From assembly GCA_000431335.1 (NCBI GenBank), contig FR888067.1, positions 98,849 to 162,848 of the forward strand: a DNA stretch of 64,000 bases. The letters are read 5' to 3'. The DNA comes from Clostridium sp. CAG:343 (GTDB lineage: Bacteria > Bacillota > Clostridia > TANB77 > CAG-508). Below the pieces are notes generated by a model. It saw only the letters and a program-made list of their open reading frames with translations. It made no database searches and was not told the origin of the DNA. Both the position numbers and the translations under genes were made by a program. Shown in pieces: positions 9,762-23,088 of the stretch (position 1 is its first letter; every line of letters begins with the position of its first letter).

Positions 9762-11675
9762 ATGAAATCAAGAGTAGCAAGTAGTGAAATACGGATTAAC
9801 ATTTCTAATAAACAAGAAGTGGAAATCAGTAAAAAGTTGGAAATAACAATTGCAATTCCAAAAAATGTGGGAAGTATACAAAAAGTAGAAGTTTTGATTA
9901 ATAGATATGGCGAATCTCCAAGCATTATTCAGGAAATGAAAATTACGAAAGAAGATAATGATTTTATAACATATTCTACAAATGTAAAATTTGAGAATTA
10001 TGGAAATTATTACTTCTTTTTTTCATTAGAAATGAAAGATGAAAATGGAGAAAATAGAAAAAAAGCTATAAAAATTAATAGAAAAACAGGAAAGCCATTT
10101 ATTATTGATGAATGGCAAGAATCACCATATTGGATTGTACTTGTTATTCAAGACAATTTTGAAGTACCAAATTGGGCAAAAGACAAAATTTACTATCAGA
10201 TTTTTGTAGATAGATTCTACAAAAGTCAAAATGCAAATCAAAAGCAAATACCAGGCAGGAAATATCGTAATTGGGCAGAAATGCCTGATTGGAGAAAAGA
10301 TGAGACTGGAAATTATCATAACAATGATTTTTTTGGAGGAAACATCAAAGGAATTGAAGAAAAACTAGAATATCTAAAAAGCTTAAATGTTGGTGTTATA
10401 TATATGTCGCCAATCTCTGAAAGCGGACTAAGATATGATAGGTATGCTGCTACAAACCATATGCAAATAGATCCAAATGCAGGAACATTTAAAGACTTAA
10501 AAAGCCTTAGTAAAAAGGCTCATAAGATGGGAATGTATATTGTTTTGGATGTAGCATTCAATCATTGTAGTGATAAGAATCCAATTTTCCAAGAAGCTAT
10601 GACAAATCCAAATTCAAAATATCGAGATTGGTTTTACTTTGATGAAAAGGGAAACTATAGATATTGGTATAACGAATTTAAAGATATGCCATTGTTTAAC
10701 CAGTATAATAAAGAATTTCAGAAGTACATTTATGGAGAAAATGGAGTAGTAGAACTTCTATCTGAATATGTTGATGGATTCAGATTAGATGTAGCAGAAG
10801 AACTACAACCGTTTTTCTTAGAAGGAATTCGCAACAAAGCCAACGAAAAATGCAAACACATTATAATTGGCGAGTACTGGAATAAAGTAAATTGCGATAT
10901 TTTAGGTAGGTCAGTAGATACTATCACTAACTATTCTTTTACAAATGCAGTGTTCAAATATGTAGCATATGGTGAAGATGAACCATTTAAATTGCAAATA
11001 GAGGATAGATTGGTATCATATCCTCAAAACACCATTGACACTATGCTAAACTCTTTGGATACACATGATATTGTTCGAGCATTAACAATGTTAAACGGAC
11101 AATATATGAGAAACGATTATAGAGATATATGGAAAATGGATGAAGATCCTTCTCCATGGCACTATAATACGCCGACAGGAAGAATATTTGACACAGAAGG
11201 ATTCAGAAGGTTTGAATATGAAAACGATAAGTTAACTGATGAACAATATGAATCTGCAAAAAGAAAGTTAAAAATTTCAGCAATGATAATGTATTTACTT
11301 CCAGGATGTCCTTGTATGTTTTATGGAACAGAAGTAGGATTACATGGATATAAAGATCCATTTAATCGTAAGTGTTTTCCATGGGATAATATGGACATGG
11401 AATTGTTAGAATTTTTTAAAAAGCTTTTTAAGTTCAGAGCAAACTGTAAATTAGCAGGTAGTAAGTTTGAAGTATTGCACATAGATAAAAACATATTAAT
11501 GTTTAAAATGTGCAATGAAAAAAATGATGTTTTGGTAGCTGTAAATAGAACAAATCAAGAAATCAACATAAAAATTCCAGAAGAATTTGAAAGTGAAAGT
11601 TCAAAAGATGAGTTCAAAATAAATGCTACGAAAGAAAAATTAGGTCCATTTGGTGGAATTGCGATCTTGAAGTAA
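9762..11675 (+). CDS. GH13 alpha-amylase family enzyme (neopullulanase/alpha-glucosidase-like)
   Basis: GH13 motifs DVAFNHCS, GFRLDVAEEL, IIGEYW and NSLDTHD. Contains the only in-frame CGG (9792-9794) that is not followed by a frame switch. Confidence 0.8.
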   Translation: MKSRVASSEIRINISNKQEVEISKKLEITIAIPKNVGSIQKVEVLINRYGESPSIIQEMKITKEDNDFITYSTNVKFENYGNYYFFFSLEMKDENGENRKKAIKINRKTGKPFIIDEWQESPYWIVLVIQDNFEVPNWAKDKIYYQIFVDRFYKSQNANQKQIPGRKYRNWAEMPDWRKDETGNYHNNDFFGGNIKGIEEKLEYLKSLNVGVIYMSPISESGLRYDRYAATNHMQIDPNAGTFKDLKSLSKKAHKMGMYIVLDVAFNHCSDKNPIFQEAMTNPNSKYRDWFYFDEKGNYRYWYNEFKDMPLFNQYNKEFQKYIYGENGVVELLSEYVDGFRLDVAEELQPFFLEGIRNKANEKCKHIIIGEYWNKVNCDILGRSVDTITNYSFTNAVFKYVAYGEDEPFKLQIEDRLVSYPQNTIDTMLNSLDTHDIVRALTMLNGQYMRNDYRDIWKMDEDPSPWHYNTPTGRIFDTEGFRRFEYENDKLTDEQYESAKRKLKISAMIMYLLPGCPCMFYGTEVGLHGYKDPFNRKCFPWDNMDMELLEFFKKLFKFRANCKLAGSKFEVLHIDKNILMFKMCNEKNDVLVAVNRTNQEINIKIPEEFESESSKDEFKINATKEKLGPFGGIAILK

Positions 11676-11682
11676 TGTCTAA

Positions 11683-11715
11683 GGGAGACCAGATTAGTAT
11701 GGTCTCTCTTTACTT
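11683..11715 (+). terminator. stem-loop after the amylase gene
   Basis: gggagacc-N10-ggtctctc followed by a T-rich stretch. Confidence 0.45.
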
Positions 11716-11795
11716 GTATAAAAATAAAATCAAATTACATTTTTTAATTAAAAATTTTTTATAGATAAATATTAAAACTTAAAAAACTATATCTA

Positions 11796-11824
11796 TTGTA
11801 AATATTTATAAAATATAGTATAAT
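11796..11824 (+). promoter_or_regulatory. sigma-70-type promoter for trpS
   Basis: TTGTAA, 17-nt spacer, TATAAT, about 30 nt before the RBS. Confidence 0.5.
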
Positions 11825-11854
11825 TAGCAAGTAAAGTAAAGGAGAGAATATAAA

Positions 11855-12865
11855 ATGGATAAAAAAAGAATATTAACAGGAGATAGACCAACAGGAAAAT
11901 TACATATAGGACATTATTTTGGTTCATTAAAAAAGAGATTAGAAATGCAAGAAAGCGGAAAATATGACCCATATATACTAATAGCAGATGTTCAAGCATT
12001 AACAGATAACTTTAATAATCCAGAAAAAGTAAGAAAAAATATAAGAGAAGTAGCAATGGATTACTTATCAGTTGGAATAGACCCAAAAAAAACAACAATT
12101 TATATTCAATCAATGATACCAGAAGTTGCTGAACTAACAGTATTCTATTCAAATTTAGTAACAATAGCAAGACTTCAAAGAAACCCAACAGTAAAAACAG
12201 AAATTGCACAAAAAAGAGATCTATTCGGAGAAAGTGTAACATATGGATTTTTAGGATATCCAGTTAGTCAAGCAGCAGACATAACGGCATTTGAAGGAGA
12301 ATTAGTACCAGTAGGAGAAGATCAGTTACCTCTAATAGAGCAATGTAGAGAAATAGTTAGAAAATTTAATAGTATATATGGAGAAGTTTTAAAAGAACCA
12401 GAAGCAGTATTATCAAGTGAAAAAAGAATAAAAGGTTTAGATGGAAATGAAAAAATGGGAAAATCATTAGGAAATGCCATATATTTATCAGACAGTGAAG
12501 AAGAAATAACTAAAAAAGTAATGAGTGCAGTAACAGATCCTAATAGAATAAAAAAAGATGACTTAGGAAATCCTGATATATGTATGGTTGCATATTATCA
12601 TAACTTATTTAGCACAAAAGAAGAAGTAAAAACAGTATGTGAAGAATGTAAAGCAGGAAAACGTGGATGTGTAGCTTGTAAAAGACAATTAGCTAAAAAC
12701 ATAATAGAAGAATTAAAACCAATAAGAGAAAAAAGAAAATATTATGAAGAACATCCAGAAGAAGTAGACAAAATTTTAATAGAAGGAACAGAAAAAGCAA
12801 GAAAAACAGCAAAACAAACAATGAAAAAAATAAAACAAGCAATGAAATTGAATTACTTTGAATAA
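11855..12865 (+). CDS. trpS: tryptophan--tRNA ligase
   Basis: Contains TGDRPTGKLHIGHY (HIGH motif) and KMGKSLGN (KMSKS motif). 336 aa. Confidence 0.9.
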   Translation: MDKKRILTGDRPTGKLHIGHYFGSLKKRLEMQESGKYDPYILIADVQALTDNFNNPEKVRKNIREVAMDYLSVGIDPKKTTIYIQSMIPEVAELTVFYSNLVTIARLQRNPTVKTEIAQKRDLFGESVTYGFLGYPVSQAADITAFEGELVPVGEDQLPLIEQCREIVRKFNSIYGEVLKEPEAVLSSEKRIKGLDGNEKMGKSLGNAIYLSDSEEEITKKVMSAVTDPNRIKKDDLGNPDICMVAYYHNLFSTKEEVKTVCEECKAGKRGCVACKRQLAKNIIEELKPIREKRKYYEEHPEEVDKILIEGTEKARKTAKQTMKKIKQAMKLNYFE

Positions 12866-14268
<1,403 letters not shown>

Positions 14269-14271
<3 letters not shown>

Positions 14272-14300
14272 GACATTTAAGACCTGTCCCCCTTGTCTCA
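14269..14300. repeat. solo copy of the dispersed 32-nt repeat (overlaps the obg stop codon)
   Basis: tgagacatttaagacctgtcccccttgtctca, which is 29/32 identical to 12952-12983. Confidence 0.85.
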
Positions 14301-14334
14301 AAAGTTGTTTTATAAAAAGGAGTTGGAAATTTAA

Positions 14335-14835
14335 ATGAATGGAGAAAAAAGAAAAGATTATTTAGAATGGGATGAATATTTTATGGCAATTGCAAAATTG
14401 TCTGCTATGAGAAGTAAAGATCCATCTACACAAGTTGGAGCATGTATTGTTAGTAATGACAACAGAATTTTATCAATAGGATATAATGGAGCTCCAAATG
14501 GATTTAGTGATGAAAAATTCCCTTGGGGAAGAGATGGAAAAAATCTAGATACAAAATATCCATATGTTTGTCATGCAGAGCTAAATGCAATTTTGAATTA
14601 TAGAGGAAGTAAAAAAGATTTAGAAGATGCTAGAATTTATGTTGATTTATTTCCATGTAATGAATGTGCGAAGATTATTATTCAATCTGGAATTAAAGAA
14701 GTGATTTATTTATCAGATAAATATGCAAATTCAGAAAATAACATTGCCTCTAGAAAATTATTTGATGAATGTGGAGTACAATATAACAAAATTAAATTAA
14801 AACAAGAAAGAGACATAAATATTGAATTAAAATAA
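14335..14835 (+). CDS. comEB: dCMP deaminase (ComEB family)
   Basis: Zinc-binding cytidine/deoxycytidylate deaminase motifs HAELNAI and PCNECAKII. Confidence 0.85.
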   Translation: MNGEKRKDYLEWDEYFMAIAKLSAMRSKDPSTQVGACIVSNDNRILSIGYNGAPNGFSDEKFPWGRDGKNLDTKYPYVCHAELNAILNYRGSKKDLEDARIYVDLFPCNECAKIIIQSGIKEVIYLSDKYANSENNIASRKLFDECGVQYNKIKLKQERDINIELK

Positions 14836-14858
14836 ATATAGCAAAATTGAAATGTATA

Positions 14859-14900
14859 AAGGTGTAATATATTTTTTTATTAAGTAATATATTACACCTT
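14859..14900. terminator. bidirectional terminator between convergent genes
   Basis: Perfect 15-bp stem aaggtgtaatatatt / aatatattacacctt with T/A runs on both sides. Confidence 0.7.
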
Positions 14901-14950
14901 AAATTATTATTATTAAAAATTAATTAATTGATTAATTAATTACAAGAAAG

Positions 14951-15388
14951 TTATTTAAGATTTTTTTTCATTATAATTCCATTATTATTGTTGTAATATT
15001 TTTTTCTAACACCTAATTTTTCAAATCCAAATTTTTCGTATAAGTGAATTGCCGGTTTGTTTTGTTCATTAACTTCTAAAAAAAGGGTGAATATATTTAA
15101 GTCTTTAGCAAGTAAAATTAAATTTTCTAAAAGTAAAGTGCCAATACCTTGGTTTCTATAAGTTTTTTTTATTACAATATTCATAATATCAGCTTGATCA
15201 AAAATTTTTTTTAGTCCAGCAAAGCCAATAATTTCATTATTGATTTTTCCTATAATGTAGCTAGAATTCTCATTTTCTACTTCTTCTTTTAATGTTGAAA
15301 AACTCCAAAAGTCATCAAAGTCAGAAATAAGAATTTCCTGCAATTCATTTAAATGATTTAAATTCATTTTTTCTATTTTAATTGCCAT
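14951..15388 (-). CDS. rimI: ribosomal-protein-alanine N-acetyltransferase
   Basis: GNAT motif RNQGIGTLLL. Sits in the conserved tsaE-tsaB-rimI arrangement. Confidence 0.8.
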   Translation of the reverse strand: MAIKIEKMNLNHLNELQEILISDFDDFWSFSTLKEEVENENSSYIIGKINNEIIGFAGLKKIFDQADIMNIVIKKTYRNQGIGTLLLENLILLAKDLNIFTLFLEVNEQNKPAIHLYEKFGFEKLGVRKKYYNNNNGIIMKKNLK

Positions 15389-15424
15389 ATAAAATATCCT
15401 TTCAAATATAAAATAATAATTATT

Positions 15425-16147
15425 TTATTTATGTTCTCTTTCTTCCAATTGCCTTTGAGCTTGAGGTTTTTTTAAATATAATGGCAATATTTCTTCTGAA
15501 TTAATTCCTAGTTTTGATTTTTCAAATCCTGCAATACCTAATGAAATAGAATTTAAAATATTAAACTCATGAGAAAAAAATTCAGCTTCAGAAAAGGTTG
15601 ATTTAATTTCGTCTTTATAAATTTCAGATCCATTTCCAACAAAATAAATAGAAGAGTTTGCTAACGTATCTTCACAATAACTTTTTAAGATAGCTAAACA
15701 AGAATTAACACTTTCTGCTTGAGGTTCTATAAGAATTTCGAAAGTTTCATTTTTCTTTTCGTATAATGCAAAATAGCAATTATTATTTTTACAATCAATA
15801 ATGCTGCATACTACATCATTGTCTTTTATATTTTCTAAAACATTATATGCTAGAGATGTTAAAGAACTGATTCCAACACATGGAATTGATGAAAAATCAC
15901 AAAAAGCTTTTGTAGTTGCAATACCAATTCGTAAACCAGTAAAAGAACCTGGACCTATATCACAAGTTATTAACTCTATATCATTTAAACTTAAATTAGT
16001 TTGGTTAAAAGCATTTTCAATCATAGGCATTAAATTTTCAGAATGTGTTCGTCCTGTATTAGTATCAAGACTTATAATAGATTTTTTATCTTCTAAAATA
16101 GAAACTCCACATACATCACTTGCCGTATCAATACTTAATATTTTCAA
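15425..16147 (-). CDS. tsaB: tRNA t6A37 threonylcarbamoyltransferase complex dimerization subunit TsaB
   Basis: N-terminus MKILSIDTASDVCGVSI.. and motif GPGSFTGLRIG. Confidence 0.85.
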   Translation of the reverse strand: MKILSIDTASDVCGVSILEDKKSIISLDTNTGRTHSENLMPMIENAFNQTNLSLNDIELITCDIGPGSFTGLRIGIATTKAFCDFSSIPCVGISSLTSLAYNVLENIKDNDVVCSIIDCKNNNCYFALYEKKNETFEILIEPQAESVNSCLAILKSYCEDTLANSSIYFVGNGSEIYKDEIKSTFSEAEFFSHEFNILNSISLGIAGFEKSKLGINSEEILPLYLKKPQAQRQLEEREHK

Positions 16148-16596
16148 AATAAATCCTCCTTTGATTCAATTATTAAAATTCTATTATTTTCATTTTTATC
16201 ATCTTTTTTAAAAGTAATATGAATATAATCATTAGGTAAAGCATCTTCAATTAATTCTCCCCATTCAATTAAACAGATACCATTTTCAAAATATTCTTCG
16301 CCACCTATTTCGTAAAATTCAGAAGAATCGCTTAATCTATATACATCAAAATGATAAATATTAAGATCATTTTTTTTATATTCATTTACTATAGTGAATG
16401 TAGGACTAGATATTTCATTTTCTAAACCAAAATAAGACAAAAAACCTTCTGTAAATTTTGTCTTTCCAGATCCTAGTTCACCAGTTAAAACAACAACATC
16501 TTTTGGTTTTAATTTTGCTGCTAATTTTTTTGCTAATTGTTTTGTATCAGCTTCATTCTTTGATATAAATTCATATTGCTTCATATTTGCCTCCAA
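16144..16596 (-). CDS. tsaE: tRNA t6A37 threonylcarbamoyltransferase complex ATPase TsaE
   Basis: P-loop LTGELGSGKT and motif SPTFTIVNEY. Confidence 0.85.
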   Translation of the reverse strand: MEANMKQYEFISKNEADTKQLAKKLAAKLKPKDVVVLTGELGSGKTKFTEGFLSYFGLENEISSPTFTIVNEYKKNDLNIYHFDVYRLSDSSEFYEIGGEEYFENGICLIEWGELIEDALPNDYIHITFKKDDKNENNRILIIESKEDLF

Positions 16597-16689
16597 TAAA
16601 TATATTTGACATTAAACATTATAATATAAAAAATAAAAAAATTCAATGAAAAGGGTTGATAAATTAAAGGTATTGTAATATAATCGTAA

Positions 16690-17749
<1,060 letters not shown>

Positions 17750-17752
17750 AGA

Positions 17753-17787
17753 AATGTCGCAAGAGACTTACTCATGCGACATTTTAT
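17753..17787 (+). terminator. terminator after mreB
   Basis: 9-bp stem aatgtcgca / tgcgacatt followed by tttt. Confidence 0.55.
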
Positions 17788-17815
17788 AAATTTATTTCAA
17801 GAAAGAGAGAAAAAA

Positions 17816-19142
17816 ATGGAAAATAAAATAGAGCAATCAAAAGAAAAAGTAGCGTTTATTACATTACGGGTGCAAAGTAAATCAATATGAAACAAATGCA
17901 ATGATTCAAAAATTTATAGAAAATGGATATAAAATAGTAGAAAATCATGAAAAAGCAGATATATATATTATCAATACATGTACAGTAACAAACATGTCAG
18001 ATAGAAAATCAAGACAGATGCTTAGAAGAGTTAAAGAATTAAATTCAAAATCAATTGTAGTAGCATGTGGATGTTATGCACAAGTGGCGAAAAAAGAATT
18101 AGAAAAGATAAAAGAAATAGATTTAATTTTAGGAAATAATGAAAAAGGCGAAATTGTAGAACATGTAGAAGATTATATAAAAAATCAAGAAAAAATAAAC
18201 ATAGAAGATGTAATGCAACAAAGAGAATTTGTTGATTTTGGAAATGTTACATATACAGAAAAAACAAGAGCTGTTATTAAAGTACAAGATGGATGTGATA
18301 GATTTTGCTCTTATTGTATTATTCCATATGCACGAGGAAGAGTAAGAAGTAGAAAGCCAGAAAATGTTTTAGCTGAAATTAGAAAAGTTGCAGAAGAAGG
18401 AATAAAGGAAGTTGTAATAACAGGAATACATGTAGCATCATATGGAAAAGATTTTAAAACAGAATATAAATTAATTGATTTATTAGAAGAAATAAACAAA
18501 ATTGAAGGAATTGAAAGAATCAGATTAGGATCAATTGAACCATTACTAATAAATGAAGAGTTTATGAAAAGACTTATAAAACTAGAAAAGGTATGTCATC
18601 ATTTTCACCTTTCTTTGCAAAGTGGATGTGATGAAACTTTGAAAAGAATGAATAGAAGATATACAACACAACAATTTAGAAATATAGTAGAATGTTTAAG
18701 AAAATATTATGAAGATGTTATACTAACAACAGATATAATAGTAGGATTTCCAGGAGAGACAGAAGAAGAATTTAACGAAACATATGAGTTTCTAAAAGAA
18801 ATTAAATTTTATAAAATGCATATATTTAAATATTCTCCTAGAAAAGGAACAAAAGCAGCACAAATGAAACAACAAATTGATGGAGCAAAAAAAGAAGAAA
18901 GAAGCCATAAATTAATAGGGCTATCAGATGAAAATGAAAAAAGTTATAATAAAAAATATGTTGGAAAAACAGTAGAAGTGTTATTCGAAGAAAAGAAAGA
19001 TAACTATTATAAAGGACATACTAAAAATTATTTGTTAGCATACCTATCAGAAGAAAATGTAAAAGATATAAAAATTGAAAATCAAATAATAAAAGTAAAA
19101 TGTATAGAAGGCACAAAAGAACACATTTTAGTAGAAATGTAA
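17816..19142 (+). CDS. mtaB: tRNA (N6-threonylcarbamoyladenosine37) methylthiotransferase MtaB; frame needs a +1 shift at CGG 17867-17869
   Basis: ATG 17816 gives MENKIEQSKEKVAFITL, then CGG. Skipping the C gives ..TL-GCKVNQYETNAMIQKF.., the canonical MTTase N-terminus, joining ORF 17901-19142. That ORF carries the radical-SAM motif CDRFCSYC. Confidence 0.85.
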
Positions 19143-19272
19143 AATGTAACAAAAATGTAACAATTATGTAATAAAGATTTAATATGAAAAAGCATAAAAA
19201 TACTTGAATATAATTTAAAAATATAGTATAAATAAATTAACATTATGAAATAAATACAAAGGAGGAATAGAA

Positions 19273-19608
19273 ATGGCAGATTTAGGTCAAGAAACAAAGA
19301 TAGATGGAGTTTTTGGAGGAGTTGCATTTAATAATCAAGTAGAAAATGCAGTAGAGAATACAGCAGAAAACATTCAAAATGCAGGAACAATAAGAAATAA
19401 TAATTTACCAGTAAAAGTTGGATTTTGGAATAAGTTTAAAGCTTTTTGGTTACAAGAAATAGACTGGAACAAAGAAATTAAAGTAGAATTAACGCCATAT
19501 CAACAAAAAGTAGAAGATGAAATAAACGAATTTTTACACCAAGAAGTAACATGGGAAAAAGTTCACGATCTTTTATTTAAAGAAATAAGATTTGGAAAGA
19601 AAAAATAA
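19273..19608 (+). CDS. hypothetical protein
   Basis: 111-aa ORF with RBS aaggagg. No recognisable motif. Confidence 0.4.
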   Translation: MADLGQETKIDGVFGGVAFNNQVENAVENTAENIQNAGTIRNNNLPVKVGFWNKFKAFWLQEIDWNKEIKVELTPYQQKVEDEINEFLHQEVTWEKVHDLLFKEIRFGKKK

Positions 19609-19795
19609 TTCGTAAATTTTGTAATATATGTGATTGTAAATTTTTTATGAATTAAAATAAAAGTATAGCGTAATGAAAAAAAGTATGCTATACTTTTTTT
19701 GTTATATATTAGGAAAAATAAAAAACAATATAAGCATAAAAAGAAAGGAGGAATAAGGATGTTTTTAGTAAAATAGAAAACATCTAAAAGGGAAA

Positions 19796-21155
19796 ATGGC
19801 AAAAAGTAAAACTGTATTTGTTTGTAGTGAATGTGGAAATGAATCAAGTAAATGGCTTGGCAAGTGTCCAGCATGTAATAGTTGGAATAGTTTTTATGAA
19901 CAAAAAATAGTAGAAACTAAAAACAAAGATATAGTTGATAAAAAAGCAAGTACTCCTCAAAAATTAAATTCTTATGAAGCAAAAGAAACTTTAAGAATAC
20001 ATACTGGTTTTAATGAATTAGATAGAGTCTTAGGAGGAGGGTTAGTAAAAGGTTCTCTAATTTTACTTGGAGGAGAACCAGGAATAGGAAAATCAACACT
20101 AATCCTACAAATATGTGATAAAATTAAGGGAGACGGAAAAGTTTTATATGTTTCAGGAGAAGAATCAGCAGAACAAATCAAACTAAGAGCTGATAGGCTA
20201 GGAATTAATAATGAAGATATTTTATTTTTAGGAGAAACAGATATAGATATAGTAAACCAAGCAATTATTAATGTTAATCCTAAATTAGTTATTATTGATT
20301 CTATTCAAACTATGTATTCAGATGAAATAACAGCAGCAGCCGGAAGTGTTAGTCAAGTAAGAGAAATTACACGGACAAGTTATGAGAGTATGTAAATCGA
20401 GAGCAATTACAACTATAATTATAGGGCATGTTACAAAAGAAGGAAATATTGCAGGACCAAGAGTTTTAGAACATATGGTAGATACAGTATTATATTTAGA
20501 AGGAGAAAGATACTTTTCATATAGAATATTAAGAGGAGTAAAAAATAGATTTGGTTCAACAAATGAGATCGGAATGTTTGAAATGCAAGAAAAAGGAATG
20601 TGCGAAATAACAAATCCATCAGACATATTAATATCTGAGAGAGATGATAATCCAGCTGGTTCGTGTATAGTATCAAGTATAGAAGGAACAAGACCAATTT
20701 TAGTAGAAATACAAGCATTAACTTCACAAACAGTATTTGGATATCCAAAAAGAACAGCAAATGGAATTGATTATAATAGATTATCTCTATTAATAGCAGT
20801 ATTAGAAAAAAAGGCAGGTTTAATGCTTGGCTCACAAGATGTATACTTAAATGTAGTAGGAGGATTAAAAATAAATGAACCATCAATTGATTTAGGAATT
20901 ATGATGGCTACAGCATCAAGCTTTAAAAATATAGCAATTCCAAAAGATATGATAATAATAGGAGAAGTAGGCTTAACAGGAGAAATTAGAAGAATTAATT
21001 TAATAGAAAAAAGATTAAAAGAAGCAGAAAAATTAGGATTTAAAAGTTGCATTATTCCAGAAAGTAATAAAAAAGACTTGAAAGAAAAATATAAATTAGA
21101 TATAATAGGCGTTAGAAATATTAATGAAGCAATGAAAAAGATTGGAATCAAGTAG
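19796..21155 (+). CDS. radA: DNA repair protein RadA; frame needs a +1 shift at CGG 20372-20374
   Basis: Zinc ribbon CSECGNESSKWLGKCPAC and Walker A GGEPGIGKST. After ..SVSQVREIT the +1 frame gives [24 protein letters not shown].., joining ORF 20382-21155 (Lon-like C-terminal domain). Confidence 0.85.
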
Positions 21156-21191
21156 AAAATCGCTCAAAAGTGAAGAAGGGAGAAGTTATCA

Positions 21192-22271
21192 TTGAGAAAA
21201 GGCAAAGAAGATAATATTACAGAAATTTTAAAATTGATTGCACCAGGAACTCCTATACGAGATGGACTAGAAAATATATTAAGAGCAAGAACAGGAGCAT
21301 TACTATTAATAACTGATAACAATGAAGTATTAAAAGAAGTTGTTGATGGTGGTTTTACAATTAATGAAGAATATACATCATCTAAATTATATGAACTTGC
21401 TAAAATGGATGGAGCAATTGTCTTGAGTGGAGATTTAAAAAGAATATTATATGCCAATGCACAACTAATACCATCTCATGAAATTACAACATTAGAAACA
21501 GGGACAAGACATAGAACAGCAGAAAGAACAGCAAAACAAACAGGAGAGTTAGTAATTAGCATATCTCAAAGAAGAAGCATTATAACTATTTTTAAAGGAA
21601 ATGACAGATATATATTAGAAAACACAGAAGCAGTATTAAATAAAGCAAATCAAGCTATACAAACATTAGAAAAATATAAGAAAGTGTTTGATAATAAATT
21701 AAACATATTAAATGAATATGAATTTAATGATATAGTTACACTAGAAAATGTAATTGTAGCTATACAAAGAGCCGAAATGGTTATGAAAATAGTGGAAGAA
21801 ATACAAAGACAAATATATGAATTAGGCGATGATGGTAGACTAGTAAAAATGCAATTAGAGGAATTAATAGGTGGTCTTGAAAAAGAAGAAGAACTAATAA
21901 TAAAAGATTACATAGTACCAACAAAGAAAAAAAGAACAGTAGAAAAAATAATAGAAAGCTTAGAAGAATTAAGCTATGAAGATTTATCAAAAGAAACAGT
22001 AATTGCTAAATTATTAGGATATGGAAATTTTGATAATTATGATGAAGTCGCTGTTTATACCAAAGGTTATAGGATATTAAATAAAATTCCAAGAATGCCA
22101 TCAAATATAGTTGAAAACTTAGTAGATTCATTCAAATCTTTTCAACATATTTTAGCAGCAGACATCGAAAGCTTAGATGAAGTAGATGGAATTGGAGAAG
22201 TAAGAGCAAGAACAATAAAACAATCATTAAAAAGAATGCAAGAACAATTTATTTTTGATAATTTAATTTAA
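21192..22271 (+). CDS. disA: DNA integrity scanning protein DisA (diadenylate cyclase)
   Basis: DAC domain ..IAPGTPIRDGLENILRARTGALLLI..GTRHRTAER.. and a C-terminal HhH (VDGIGEVRARTI). Conserved radA-disA order. Confidence 0.85.
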   Translation: MRKGKEDNITEILKLIAPGTPIRDGLENILRARTGALLLITDNNEVLKEVVDGGFTINEEYTSSKLYELAKMDGAIVLSGDLKRILYANAQLIPSHEITTLETGTRHRTAERTAKQTGELVISISQRRSIITIFKGNDRYILENTEAVLNKANQAIQTLEKYKKVFDNKLNILNEYEFNDIVTLENVIVAIQRAEMVMKIVEEIQRQIYELGDDGRLVKMQLEELIGGLEKEEELIIKDYIVPTKKKRTVEKIIESLEELSYEDLSKETVIAKLLGYGNFDNYDEVAVYTKGYRILNKIPRMPSNIVENLVDSFKSFQHILAADIESLDEVDGIGEVRARTIKQSLKRMQEQFIFDNLI

Positions 22272-22287
22272 GAAAGGAAAAAATAAG

Positions 22288-23088
22288 ATGAAAAAAACAA
22301 AAAATATAATATGGATAATTGCCTTAATTTTAGTAATAATATTAATAGGAGCAATAGCATTTGGATATTATAAAAATGCAACAAATGAAGTTAAAAATCC
22401 TGTTGCAACAATGGAAGTAGAGGGATTTGGCACAGTAAAAATAGAATTGTACCCAGACAAAGCACCACAAACAGTTTCAAATTTTATTACATTAGCTAAT
22501 AGAGGCTTTTATGATGGTTTAACATTTCATAGAATAGTAAAAGACTTTATGATACAAGGAGGAGATAAGCAAGGAACTGGAAGCGGGTCTGCTACACTTG
22601 CAGATTTAAAAGATGATGGAAGCGATACAGAATATTCTATTAAAGGTGAATTTATATCTAATGGGGTAGATAACAAATTAAAATTTGATGAAGGAGTTGT
22701 TGGAATGGCAAGAAATGACTATACACAACAATCATCATCATTAAAAGAAGAATCATATAATTCAGGAAGTTCACAATTCTTTATAATGACCAAAAATAAT
22801 ACTTCATTAAATGGATATTATACAGCTTTTGGTAAAGTAATAGAAGGAATGGATGTAGTGCATAACATAGAACAAGTAGAAGTAAAAGCAAGTGAAGATA
22901 GCAAAGAAAGTAGTAGTTCACAACAAGAAGTTAGCACACCAGTAAATCCAGTTAAAATTACATCTATTAGAGTAGAAACAAATGGAGTTGACTATGGATT
23001 ACCAGAGACATTAACACCTTTTAATTATTCTACATGGCTATATAAACAATATGGAATAGATCCAAGTAGTTTAAGTAAAGAACAATAG
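22288..23088 (+). CDS. membrane-anchored cyclophilin-type peptidyl-prolyl isomerase
   Basis: Contains FHRIVKDFMIQGGD and SQFFIM. N-terminal TM helix. Confidence 0.8.
   Translation: MKKTKNIIWIIALILVIILIGAIAFGYYKNATNEVKNPVATMEVEGFGTVKIELYPDKAPQTVSNFITLANRGFYDGLTFHRIVKDFMIQGGDKQGTGSGSATLADLKDDGSDTEYSIKGEFISNGVDNKLKFDEGVVGMARNDYTQQSSSLKEESYNSGSSQFFIMTKNNTSLNGYYTAFGKVIEGMDVVHNIEQVEVKASEDSKESSSSQQEVSTPVNPVKITSIRVETNGVDYGLPETLTPFNYSTWLYKQYGIDPSSLSKEQ

Noticed and set aside
11716-11854. T-box leader upstream of trpS
   Set aside because: Only about 140 nt of AT-rich sequence lies here, with a plain promoter. I could not find a specifier loop, a T-box consensus or a terminator/antiterminator pair.
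15801-16211. 136-aa + strand ORF
   Set aside because: It is antisense to the well-supported tsaB gene and has no motif or RBS.
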